NCBI GenBank assembly: GCA_903939515.1
Contig: CAJAHH010000015.1
Span: forward strand, 7,058-71,057
Source of the DNA: an uncultured Verrucomicrobiota bacterium
Lineage (GTDB): Bacteria > Verrucomicrobiota > Verrucomicrobiia > Limisphaerales > UBA9464
Direction: 5' to 3'
DNA: 64,000 bases
Part shown: positions 9,695-19,300 of the stretch, piece by piece
Layout of the letters: the number at the start of each line of letters is the position of its first letter
How positions within the stretch are numbered: the stretch's first letter is position 1
Translations under genes and position numbers: made by a program
The notes under the pieces: generated by a model
Databases searched by the model: none
What the model saw: only the letters and a program-made list of their open reading frames with translations
What the model was told of the DNA's origin: nothing

Positions 9695-11677
9695 CTAAGA
9701 GCCATTCGAAGTCTGAAACCCATCAAATCGGAAGGAATAAGGCGTGTCTGACGCTTTAATTTTAGGAAAATCGCGGGAGAGTTGAGGCGGAATCACTACT
9801 GCTGGCGTAGTACGAGCCTTCTCAGAAACACCAGACACACGACCACCCGCCGGATTGCTCAATTGGCTCGGGAAACGACCTTGTTCCTTCCAAATCAACA
9901 TCAGTGGCCGCCAATCCGAGGTCATCCCAACGCGAAGCTCCGGGTCTTTAGACCGCCATTGCCGGTGCAGAAAGGCCCCGTCTGTCGCCAATAACCCCAT
10001 GGCGATGGCTTGGCGCTCAAACGCCTCTTGGGAGGCCTTAGAATCGATTTCTGGCGGATCTGAAGCCAGTGCCCGAGGCTGCAGCTGCGCAAGTCTCCGG
10101 GGTAATGAGGTCGGTATCTGAACCGTTTGAGTATTTCGATTCATCGTTTCCGGCTTCTTTTCAACCACCGAATCAAGGGTGGTTGCTCCACCCTTACGAG
10201 TTGCTGCCGACTTTCGCCCACCCGCTGCCGACTTCTCCTTCCACTGCGTCAGACGCTCTTTCTGCTGCTGAAGGTCAAAATGGGTCAGTTCTTGAGGGTT
10301 TTGGGTCGCATGAAACATTCTCAACACCGAGGCAACAACGGTGGTTGAAGCACCCTTTCCAACCAAGCGTGCTGCTTGCTCTGGATCCTTGGGGACCGAA
10401 CCATTCTGCCAGCAATAAGAAAGCAGACGAATGTAAACCCCCTCTTCCTCCAAGCTCATCATCTGGATTTGCTGATTGGCCAAATACTCGGAAGGTGAAA
10501 ATGAAAACCCGGATGATTTCATGGATTTAGTGCGCTGAAAGGGCGTTTGTGGGGACGAAGGATACTGGGCACGAGAGGACGGGGCGGATATCTCTACCCT
10601 CTCAAATTCTGAATCTGCTTGATCTAATAGAGAATCCGATGGCTTGTGCTGGAGAAATTGAAAATCTAGATGAAAGCCGTGACCCAAGAAGCGGATATCT
10701 AGGTCAGTTTCTTTAACAGAAGACACAGACGAGTGATTTTGTAAGACAACAAAATTACTTTGAGCAATTTCTTTAAATCCAGACGCTGGAATAACTGAGG
10801 TCGAGGGCTTCCAATTTGTGACAGAGGGACGGATTGCTGTAGGCGTGGGGGGGTGAGAATGGATCCAAACTTCAATTTCTAAACGCATACGCCGATTGAA
10901 ATCTCGTATGCCGACCATTATTTCTAAGACAGTCTGGGTGCGGCGATCGGAGGATACAGAAGGAGGGGTAGCGATTGTTGGGCGACAACGCCAAACTCGG
11001 AATCGGTCACGGATCCGCTTGCGGTTGAGAGATACCAGCATCGCCGCACCCATGAGCAATAGCCCTATCCAAGCTTTGAAAGCAAAACGCCCCTGCCCCT
11101 CTTGAGACTCTCCCCCAGTGATATTCTGCTCAGCCTTTGGGAGGATCGGGGCCAAAGCACCTTCTGCTACAGGGCTAACTGTCTTCGCAAGATTCTGTGA
11201 ACTGATTGCCGCTGGCACTGTTACCGACTGAGGTACTGAGGGTTGCACTGAGGCAGCGACGGCTGCTTTGGGCGCCATCCGTGGGTTCTCGGAGACGATG
11301 CGGCGGTTTTGACTTTGAACAATTTGGGAAGCTACGAACGGTGAGGTTTTCTGAACCGCTGGATGGGACGGGATCACCAAGACCGACCCGGTCCGGATTC
11401 GATGAAGGTTCCCAGCCTGGAAGACCCCTGGATTCTCGCGTAGGAGCGCCAGGAGCATTTGATCCATGGTGACCGAATCCGGTTTGTAGCGACGAGCAAT
11501 ACGGTAGGCCGTTTCCCCCTCCTGAACCGTGACCCGTTTGGGGACAGAGGGGGTATTGGTCAGCGCCCCTGTACCAGAGGTGGATCCGATCAGCCCGTTG
11601 CACCCTCCTATCAGACACAAATACGCAATCAGCAGTTTTGGTAAACCACTGGTGGCCCATTTGGTCACAAGATGCAT
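9695..11677 (-). CDS. FimV-type LysM + TM protein fused to a YdaU/DUF1376 phage replication domain
   Basis: N-terminal hydrophobic segment; FimV core VTVQEGETAYRIA..VTMDQMLLALLRENPGVFQAGNLHRIRTGSVLVIP; TM AWIGLLLMGAAMLVSL followed by NRKRIR. From M at 10522: FSFSPSEYLANQQIQMMSLEEEGVYIRLLSYCWQNGSVP...KSAAGGRKSA. Confidence 0.7.
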   Translation of the reverse strand: MHLVTKWATSGLPKLLIAYLCLIGGCNGLIGSTSGTGALTNTPSVPKRVTVQEGETAYRIARRYKPDSVTMDQMLLALLRENPGVFQAGNLHRIRTGSVLVIPSHPAVQKTSPFVASQIVQSQNRRIVSENPRMAPKAAVAASVQPSVPQSVTVPAAISSQNLAKTVSPVAEGALAPILPKAEQNITGGESQEGQGRFAFKAWIGLLLMGAAMLVSLNRKRIRDRFRVWRCRPTIATPPSVSSDRRTQTVLEIMVGIRDFNRRMRLEIEVWIHSHPPTPTAIRPSVTNWKPSTSVIPASGFKEIAQSNFVVLQNHSSVSSVKETDLDIRFLGHGFHLDFQFLQHKPSDSLLDQADSEFERVEISAPSSRAQYPSSPQTPFQRTKSMKSSGFSFSPSEYLANQQIQMMSLEEEGVYIRLLSYCWQNGSVPKDPEQAARLVGKGASTTVVASVLRMFHATQNPQELTHFDLQQQKERLTQWKEKSAAGGRKSAATRKGGATTLDSVVEKKPETMNRNTQTVQIPTSLPRRLAQLQPRALASDPPEIDSKASQEAFERQAIAMGLLATDGAFLHRQWRSKDPELRVGMTSDWRPLMLIWKEQGRFPSQLSNPAGGRVSGVSEKARTTPAVVIPPQLSRDFPKIKASDTPYSFRFDGFQTSNGS

Positions 11678-11853
11678 ACAAGAGCAGGTTCGGAGGCTCG
11701 GATTGAAACCTCAAGATTCGGGCCACTAAACGGTCAAAAGACCCGTGATAGCACATTCACTGGAGGCGGACTCAGAACCCACTTGGGGCTTGCTAGCACT
11801 TTTATTCCATCCCTTCAACCTGTTTATGGCGAGGCCCTACGGCTACCCCAGGG

Positions 11854-13254
11854 CTACGACAGGTTGGAAGGGTGGTTGAAGGGTGGTGCTTCGCTGCTGG
11901 GTGTTGCTGGGGCCTCACCCGTCGATTCGGCCGAGGGAGGCTCTGCGGCGATCAGACTAGGCTGCGCTTCGGGTGGAACAGGTAGAGATTCCAAGGCTGG
12001 GCCCGCGTTGCGAGCAGGCGTTGGCGGCACTGAGGACCGAGCCAAAGCCTTTACCTCGCCACGAATCTCGCGGTTGATCGCTCGGATCTCGCGCATGAGG
12101 TCGAGTTTGACCTTTCGCTTCGGATCCCCGGATTTGACTCCTGGATCCACCGCTCCCACTCCGGAGACGAATTGCAACTTAACCCCGCCCGTCGTGCGCA
12201 TGAGCTCGCGCTGACGTTCGTTCTCCTTCAGTAGAGCTGCCAGACGCCGAATCTTCTGCTCCAGCATCTGGATCTGATCGTCTTTGAGGGCGAGATCCTT
12301 TTCCAACGGTCGATCCGTGTCGGCCTCCAAGAGTTGGCGGACGCCCCGAAGCAGGTCACGGCTGTGGCGGACGTCCTGGAATCGTCCGTCAAACAACCTC
12401 TCAAGGACCTTCTGAAGGCTGCTCTCCAGGTCTGCATCTTCCAGGGTACGCGGAGTCTGGGGTGCCTCCACCGACGCGGGAACTTTGCGCAGTCGCAGTG
12501 CCATGCGCAGGGTGCGGCGCAGCGCCCGCAAGCCAAACAGAAGGACCCGCACGGGTCCGGACTGGCGAGGCGAGGCCCGCCGCCATCGAGCCGGTCCGCC
12601 CGGGGGCGTCCATCCTGTTGGTGCAGTTTCCGGAAAGGCCTCTCCACGGTACAACCGCTGGGGCAGTTCGGGCCGCTGGGGCAGTTCGAGCAGTTCGGAA
12701 TCCAGTTCATCCCGGAAAGCGCGCCGCGGATTCTTCCGACGACGAGTCCGGGGCGTCAGCAACGGTCCCGAAGGTCGCACCATGCGCGGTGCCCCGGATT
12801 CATGACGGGTTTTCCACGCTTCCACGACCGGATCCACCACGGGTGCCGGTTTGGACGATTTCCGGTGAAGGCGCCCATGGATCGACCGTCGGAGCCAGCG
12901 CAATGCGATTTCGCCAGAGTCCGGGCGACGGCGCGGCGGTTTTGACAAGTCGGCGATAACATGCCCATGCGCTTTGAGCCAGGCAGTGAGTGCCAAGTCC
13001 GGAGGCGGTGTCTCTGAGGCTCGCAGCACCGGGCGTTTGCGGCGGCGCCGCTCCAGTACCCGGGCTAGAGAACGGAGAATTTTGAAGCGCAACCGCAGGC
13101 CGCCGTATTTCCAAAGCCAGCGGAGGAGGTCGGAGGCTTTTGAACCATCGGTCTCCGGCCGATAGCCGCCCACCATCATCCGTCGGATCAACTCCGCCCT
13201 CAGCCATACGGTGGGACGGCCTGATTCCAGCCGATGATGTTGGGTGCCACCCAT
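11854..13254 (-). CDS. Hypothetical protein: Arg-rich amphipathic N-terminus and coiled-coil C-terminal domain shared with its neighbours
   Basis: 466 aa ORF co-oriented with mamK; contains LEQKIRRLAALLKENERQ...PGVKSGDPKRKVKLDLMREIRAINR. Confidence 0.7.
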   Translation of the reverse strand: MGGTQHHRLESGRPTVWLRAELIRRMMVGGYRPETDGSKASDLLRWLWKYGGLRLRFKILRSLARVLERRRRKRPVLRASETPPPDLALTAWLKAHGHVIADLSKPPRRRPDSGEIALRWLRRSIHGRLHRKSSKPAPVVDPVVEAWKTRHESGAPRMVRPSGPLLTPRTRRRKNPRRAFRDELDSELLELPQRPELPQRLYRGEAFPETAPTGWTPPGGPARWRRASPRQSGPVRVLLFGLRALRRTLRMALRLRKVPASVEAPQTPRTLEDADLESSLQKVLERLFDGRFQDVRHSRDLLRGVRQLLEADTDRPLEKDLALKDDQIQMLEQKIRRLAALLKENERQRELMRTTGGVKLQFVSGVGAVDPGVKSGDPKRKVKLDLMREIRAINREIRGEVKALARSSVPPTPARNAGPALESLPVPPEAQPSLIAAEPPSAESTGEAPATPSSEAPPFNHPSNLS

Positions 13255-13333
13255 AGGATTTCGCCAGGGATGTCTCCGTGGTGCCCAAATGTCCCGAAAC
13301 CGATCTCAACGAGGGATTTCCCCGTCGCCAGAA

Positions 13334-14401
13334 TCAGGAAACCAAACCGCTCATTCCCTGCGAGGCCAGCTCTCGGTTGGTCCGGAACTCAGCCCAGAAC
13401 TCCGTCGGCATGTCCAAAGCGATCTTCAAGGCACCATTGGAACCGGCAAATTGGGGCTCCTCAACTAAGGTGACTTTGCCGCCACCGTACTCGCTCAACC
13501 CCTTTTCAATGGCTCGTCCGAGTCCGCGAATCTGGCTGCCGCCGCCGCCCAACAGGATGTTATTGCGCATCTTGGCCTGGAACTCGGGATCGTAGGTGGC
13601 GATGAGGTCCTGCAGTGCCTGGACCGTCGGCGGTACAATGGTGTAGCAGGCCGAATACACCTGTTCGGTCAGGTTGAAGTTCGTCGGCTTGCCACCGACC
13701 GGCAGGGTCTCTTCGACCTCGTCCATCTTCGGGCTGACCGAGGCGTGCCGTTCCTTAATGGCGCGCACCATATTAATGGAGAACTGAACTTCAGGAAACT
13801 TGTCCTGAATGAGCTTGGAGAGGGACTGATCGATGGAATCACCGGCCACGTAATGGGTACGCTGATCCTCAGCCGAGGGCATCGACCCGTGAACACGGCA
13901 AAGGTCGGTAGTGCCCGCGCCGATGTCGATCACCAGCGTGTCATCCAAGAAATCCAGGCCGTAAGCCACAGCAAAAGGCTCCGAGCACACGATCACCGAG
14001 TCGATGCAGTTAGCAGCGGCTTCCAGGATGGTGGCCTTGCCCGCCACACTGGCTTGGGCCGGAGCACCGATCACCGCGTAAATGACCGCATCGGCCGGAG
14101 CATTGATTTCGCGCACCACGTATTCCAACAAATCGCGAATCGCCTTCTTTACGGGCTCAGGGTCCACGACGCCCTGCTGCTTGACCGAGGCGCCTGCCAG
14201 GGGCCGATACAAATGAACGGACATGCGGTTTTCCAGCGCTTCCTGTCCGTAAATGATCTCCCGACCTCCCAATCGCTTTAGGGCGACATGGTCCTTCGGG
14301 TAGCCAACATACGACCAAACGGTCTTTCGAAAGCCATTGGACGCGGTGATGGATGTCCGACTGGTTCCTAAATCAATTCCGACAAAAATGGTTTCAGCCA
14401 T
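13334..14401 (-). CDS. mamK: MamK-family actin-like ATPase
   Basis: GIDLGTS, VGYPKD, AVIGAPA.AS, SEPFAVAYGL, VIDIGAGTTD, P.AEDQ.T..AG..ID, GGGSQIRGL and GALKIA.DMP..FW are collinear with Magnetospirillum MamK as I recall it (VVGYPKD, AVIGVPARAS, SEPFMVGYGL, GALRLAEELPPQYW). Likely start ATG 14401. Confidence 0.88.
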   Translation of the reverse strand: MAETIFVGIDLGTSRTSITASNGFRKTVWSYVGYPKDHVALKRLGGREIIYGQEALENRMSVHLYRPLAGASVKQQGVVDPEPVKKAIRDLLEYVVREINAPADAVIYAVIGAPAQASVAGKATILEAAANCIDSVIVCSEPFAVAYGLDFLDDTLVIDIGAGTTDLCRVHGSMPSAEDQRTHYVAGDSIDQSLSKLIQDKFPEVQFSINMVRAIKERHASVSPKMDEVEETLPVGGKPTNFNLTEQVYSACYTIVPPTVQALQDLIATYDPEFQAKMRNNILLGGGGSQIRGLGRAIEKGLSEYGGGKVTLVEEPQFAGSNGALKIALDMPTEFWAEFRTNRELASQGMSGLVS

Positions 14402-14654
14402 GAGACGCGTGTTGCTGGTAGTTTCTCCGATGAGCACAAAGGCTCAGAGGTGAATGCGTCAGCCAGCGCGCTGCCTTAAGATATTTTTTAGGATTTACCA
14501 AAAGAAATATTCAGCCTGGCCGTTGGGACCAGCAACGGTGCGCGAATTGCACCAAATCCAGGGTGCCGTGGATTTGGCAGCAGCCTTGGGGTCTGAAGAA
14601 CAGGGACGGCTCAAACCGAAGGGCACCGTCGGGGCCGCGGACCAACTCGGGCGA

Positions 14655-16247
14655 TCACGGTTGCTGAGTGACGGGAGCGACTCGGCCTTGGACGACCCGG
14701 TTAAAGTCACGAATCTCGATGAGCAACCGCAGTTTGAGGTCTCGCTGAGGGTCGTTGTCCTTGAGTCCCGGCTCAGACAAGGCCATCAGGAGCCATCGGT
14801 AGGATCGCGAGACGAATCCTTCTTTCCGATTTCGGCGCTCACTCTCTCCGATCAGGCCTGCCAGACGGCGGATCCTGCTTTCGAGTGCCTGCTCGAGGTC
14901 GCTCTGATAGGCGTGCTCCTTCCTCAAAGCGGCCATCAACCGTTCCACTTCGGCCTCTTCTTGGAGTCGCTGCCGTCGACCGGTTTCCGGAAGACTGGAG
15001 GCCGTTGCATCAACGGGCTTTGGAATCGGGACTCGCTGCGGAACAGCCGCCGGTCGGGATGCGCTGGGAACCACGACCGGCTTCAGCAATCGAGATGGCG
15101 GCTGAGAAACGGCCGGCGCCTTCGACTCTTCTGGAGCCAATTTCACTGGCATCGACTGGGTCTGAGGCACGATCGGTGTTTTCACCACAGGGATCGGAGC
15201 CGGATCGGGTTGCCGCACTGGATCAGGTTGCCGCACCGGATCAGGTTGCCGCACTGGATCAGGTTTCGGTTCTGATTTGGAAACAGGCTCTTTGGCAACG
15301 TCTGCCCGTTCATGAGGCTCCGTCGGCTGAGCTTTTTTTACTGCTCGGAACCACCCCCAGGCCACTGCCACCGCCAAAGCGGCAATGCCCAGCACCCATA
15401 GCCAACCTCCAAAGAATTCACTCGTCGGGGTGCGGTCGGCGGCAACAACGGGGGCCGACTGCGGCGATTCCGGTGCCAGTGGTGGTGATGGTTCAAGTGC
15501 CGGAGCAGCAGGCTCAACAACGTCCGTCATTGGGGACCGCACCGTCGAAGCCACAATTTTCTCGGAAACTCCACCACGGGTCAGCTCTCCGGGTGCTTTC
15601 CAAGTCAGCTCATTCTCAGTGTTCTGTGGCCGAAGGGCTTCCGCCTGAACGGGTTGAGCCAGGACTTCTACCCGATTGCTTCGGCCATTCAATGGCGTTC
15701 GAAACCTATCAGCCTGGGCCGCCCGGAAGGCTTCGTACTCCCGAATTTGCTCGGCGATGATCCGTCGGGCCTCGGCCAACGGGATCGCCAAGGCCATGCG
15801 TGCGTCGGGGATTTTTAAGACGGCACCGGCCGGCAGGCGATTGACATTGCCGCCCCCGAACACTTCCGGGTTCCGTCGCAACAGAGCCACGAGCATTTGG
15901 TCGAGCGACACCTCCGCCGGCAAACGCACCACGGCGATCTCGCTCGCCGTATCGCCAGGCTGAACCTCGATTTCTTCGCCTCGAGGCTCACCACTGTCAG
16001 AGGGGCGGGCTTCGGACCTGTTGGCAGGAGCTGAAGCCCTGAGGGCAGCCGGGGTGCCGCCATAACGTGTCTCTCGTGCAGGCGCAATCGCTGCAGATTG
16101 ACCGAAAACGCTCGGCAACCAGAGGAGCGCAGCACACCAAAGCCCCGCCCTGAGAGGAGAGGCCACCTTTCGATGGGATGCGTCGACAGACGGGTTCAGT
16201 GGCACCATGGCGGAGGGCTCGCTTGCGGCGAAATGACTCCAACTCAT
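14655..16247 (-). CDS. FimV-type LysM + TM + Pro-rich linker + coiled-coil domain protein
   Basis: Signal-like segment; FimV core VQPGDTASEIA...VSLDQMLVALLRRNPEVFGGGNVNRLPAGAVLKIPD; TM WLWVLGIAALAVAVAWGWF followed by RAVKK; C-terminal LESRIRRLAGLIGESERR...PGLKDNDPQRDLKLRLLIEIRDFNR. Confidence 0.8.
   Translation of the reverse strand: MSWSHFAASEPSAMVPLNPSVDASHRKVASPLRAGLWCAALLWLPSVFGQSAAIAPARETRYGGTPAALRASAPANRSEARPSDSGEPRGEEIEVQPGDTASEIAVVRLPAEVSLDQMLVALLRRNPEVFGGGNVNRLPAGAVLKIPDARMALAIPLAEARRIIAEQIREYEAFRAAQADRFRTPLNGRSNRVEVLAQPVQAEALRPQNTENELTWKAPGELTRGGVSEKIVASTVRSPMTDVVEPAAPALEPSPPLAPESPQSAPVVAADRTPTSEFFGGWLWVLGIAALAVAVAWGWFRAVKKAQPTEPHERADVAKEPVSKSEPKPDPVRQPDPVRQPDPVRQPDPAPIPVVKTPIVPQTQSMPVKLAPEESKAPAVSQPPSRLLKPVVVPSASRPAAVPQRVPIPKPVDATASSLPETGRRQRLQEEAEVERLMAALRKEHAYQSDLEQALESRIRRLAGLIGESERRNRKEGFVSRSYRWLLMALSEPGLKDNDPQRDLKLRLLIEIRDFNRVVQGRVAPVTQQP
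15202..15265. repeat. 18-bp coding tandem repeat, about 3.5 copies (PDPVRQ)
   Basis: Units of ggatcaggttgccgcact start at 15202, 15220 and 15238, with a partial copy at 15256. Confidence 0.9.
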
Positions 16248-16371
16248 TTTAGCCTCGGGTTATTAGGTCCTTGCTTGTCGCACAACTGAAGCTCGACGAC
16301 AGACGGCACTCTGGACCCGACTGCAGATGAATTGGACTAGAGACCGACGCTGCCCGAAGGATTTCGGCGAA

Positions 16372-19300
16372 TCAAGGGCGTTGGGTTTGTTGACTCAATA
16401 GAAATCCGAGGAGGTGGTTAAACTCGGCCGGGGGAACCGCCTCGGCAAAATTGTCGGGCATCAGAGAAGTCTCTGATTCCCGGACTTCACGAATCTCCTT
16501 GCGAGGGATTCGTTGCTCTTGGCCGCTGGCGTTGACGTAAATCCGCTGTTCCCCCTCCTCTCGACGGAAGAGGCCACTCACCAGATCCCCATTTTGCAAG
16601 GTCACGATGCTGTAGCGAAAAATCCGGTCCACGTTGCGGTTGGGGTCGAGCACATCCTCGCACAGGCGCTCAAGGCCTCGATGTCCTACGCCATCGAGCT
16701 GCGGGCCCACCAGACCGCCCTGCCCTCCCATCGAATGGCATGGCCTGCAATGAGTCTCGAAAATCCGAGCTCCAGCCTTCACGTCGGGACTGGCTTTTCG
16801 AAACCCTGCCTGCCGATCGGCCACCAGTTCTAAGCGGCGTTTGGAGTCCGGGTCTGCAGTGGTTTTCGGCAGAAACCGATCCTTTTCATTCGGCCGAATG
16901 GCCATGAGTCGCTCTTGAACAGACCGTTCAGCCAACAGCGCCGCCGGAGCGCGCCCATCGCCCACGGCCTGGTGCAAACTCTCGGATCCCTCGAGCGAGC
17001 CCCCCAGAGCGGCGGCGATGGGAATAGCCGAAGCAAACGGGGCTTCGCGCAACACCCTCAATAAAATGGGAATCCCCGTTTTCGGTCGGAACCTCAGCAC
17101 CGCTTGAGCGATCGCAGCCCGCTGATCCCGCGAGACCGATGCCTCGCGCAGGAGTGATTCCGCCAGCAACTCGGCTTCCGGGTCGGCGAGTTCGAACAAG
17201 GCTCGAACACTGGCCACGCGCACGGAGACGGAAGTTTCGACTGCCTCGGATTTGCCGGCACGACGTCGGAGTGCCGGGGCCGCATCGCGTATTCCCAGCT
17301 TCCCTGCCCACTCGATCGCAAAGAGGCTCTGATCGGGAGTCGATTGCGCATCACCCAAAAAGCCCACCACCAAGTCGACTCCCCACCGTTGCAACTTGGG
17401 TCCCAAAGCTAATCCTCGTTGGGCCATCCCCTGCTCCATCGCCAAAAACAGGTTGCGCTGCCCTGCTCGATCGAGAGAGGCCGAGGTCCGCAGCCCGCCC
17501 ACCAAGGCCTCCAAGTCGGCCGTCGCTCCGTGCCGAGCGCTGTGCTGCAACTGCTCCATAAAGCCGGGATCCGAGGGGCGTCGGTGTTTCAAGTATTCGA
17601 GAAGGAATCCCGCCGATTCTGAGGAGGGAATGGCCAGGCAGACATCGGCCACTGCGGCCTGGGCAACGGTATCACCCAGGGATGACTGGCGGAATCGTCG
17701 GAACACCGTTTCGTCGAGCAACTGGTCTCGCAGTGCCTTGCGAACTTGATACACGAGATGGGTGTCCGCTTCAGGGGCGACACCTCTCAAGGCTAACAGC
17801 GGGGCGAGGTTGTCGAAGCTGGGGTGGCGAGCCAGCGCATCGGCCGCCGCACGCACCACGGGCGCCGACGGGTCTCGGAGGGCCGCCCTCACGAGGCCGA
17901 GGTCCGGATCCGGCCAACGACGACGCTCCACAAGGACTCGAACAGCATGGAGGCGCAGCAAGGCTTCGGAATCCTTGGCGGCCGCCGCCAACTCGGTCGG
18001 TAGCAGAAGGTTCCGACGCTCCAAAATCCACAGGGCCCCGACTCGAAGCGACACCGGAGCAGCCCGAGACATCAGCGCGGTGCGCAATAGTCCCGCGATG
18101 GAGGCCTCCAACTCTTTCCGGTCGCAAAAGTGATTCAGCACGGCCAAGCGGTGGGCAAAGCTCGGATCGGCGAGTCGTTGCACTTGTTCCGCCGGGGCGA
18201 GATTCCGAAAATCAGTATGCCTCCTCAGAATTGGGCGTCCGTCAGTGGCCTTGCGCACCACCCGCCAAATCCGCCCGCTGCTGCGATCCCGTCCCGGATG
18301 CGACAGAGGCACCTCCACATGGGCGATAATCCGGTTGTAGAAATCGGCGATGTACAGCGCTCCGTCGGGTCCAAACTGCACGTCCACCGGGCGGAACCAG
18401 GGGTCCGAAGTACTCACCAAATCAGGCATCTCGTGGGCGATGCGGGTGGAACCACGATCCTCGATGCGGTCGCGATTCACCCGGCTGGTCACCACATTGC
18501 CCAAGAGAAAATTGCCCTGAAACTCCGCGGGCCACAGCGGTTCATCGCAGTAGTTGAGGCCGGCAATGGCCGTGGATCCATGGTTGTGCCACAGCATTTG
18601 CGGCGCGTAGCCCAGACCGTCGTGAGGTTTGCCGAACACGGGATAAAACCCGCCATGGATGACCTGATAAATGGGCATCGAGTGGCAGTCGGAGGTGAAG
18701 AGGTTGCCCAAAGGATCAAAGCAGAGGCCGAAGACATTGGCTTGCCCATCACCCACCTTCTCAATCCGGGATCCATCACCACGGAAGCGGAAGGTCGATC
18801 CGCGCAGTTCCAGCAGGTGTCCGTCGGTGCCCTTCACGCGCGTCTGGTTGCCCACACCCTGCCCGCCATAAAACCATCCGTCGAAGCCCCGTCGGAAGTT
18901 GTTGGCGAGGTTGTGGGTGTCGGTGACGCCAAAGGGACCGTAGAGCACTTCGCGGCGGTCAGCCCTTCCGTCGCCATCGGTGTCTTGAAGGCTGAGTACA
19001 TTCGGGATGCTGAATACCACAGCCCCATCGCGGAACGGCGCCACGGCATCGGGCATACTCAAGCCATCGGCAAACACAGTGTTACTGCGGGCCCGGCCGT
19101 CGGCCCCAAACTCCGACAGAATGCGAATCACGTCACTCGGTGCCTTGTTGGTGGCGCTCTCAATGGGATAGGCCCGTGTCTCGGCAATCCACAAACGCCC
19201 GCTCACATCGAAACTCATGCTGACGGGCTTACCGATCTCCGGCTCGGACGCCACCAACTGAACCTCAAAGCCCTCCGGCACCACAAACGCTCGCAATGCC

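Noticed and set aside
7449..16330. Intact prophage or ICE
   Set aside because: No integrase, structural, terminase or conjugation genes, and no att-like direct repeat found by eye.
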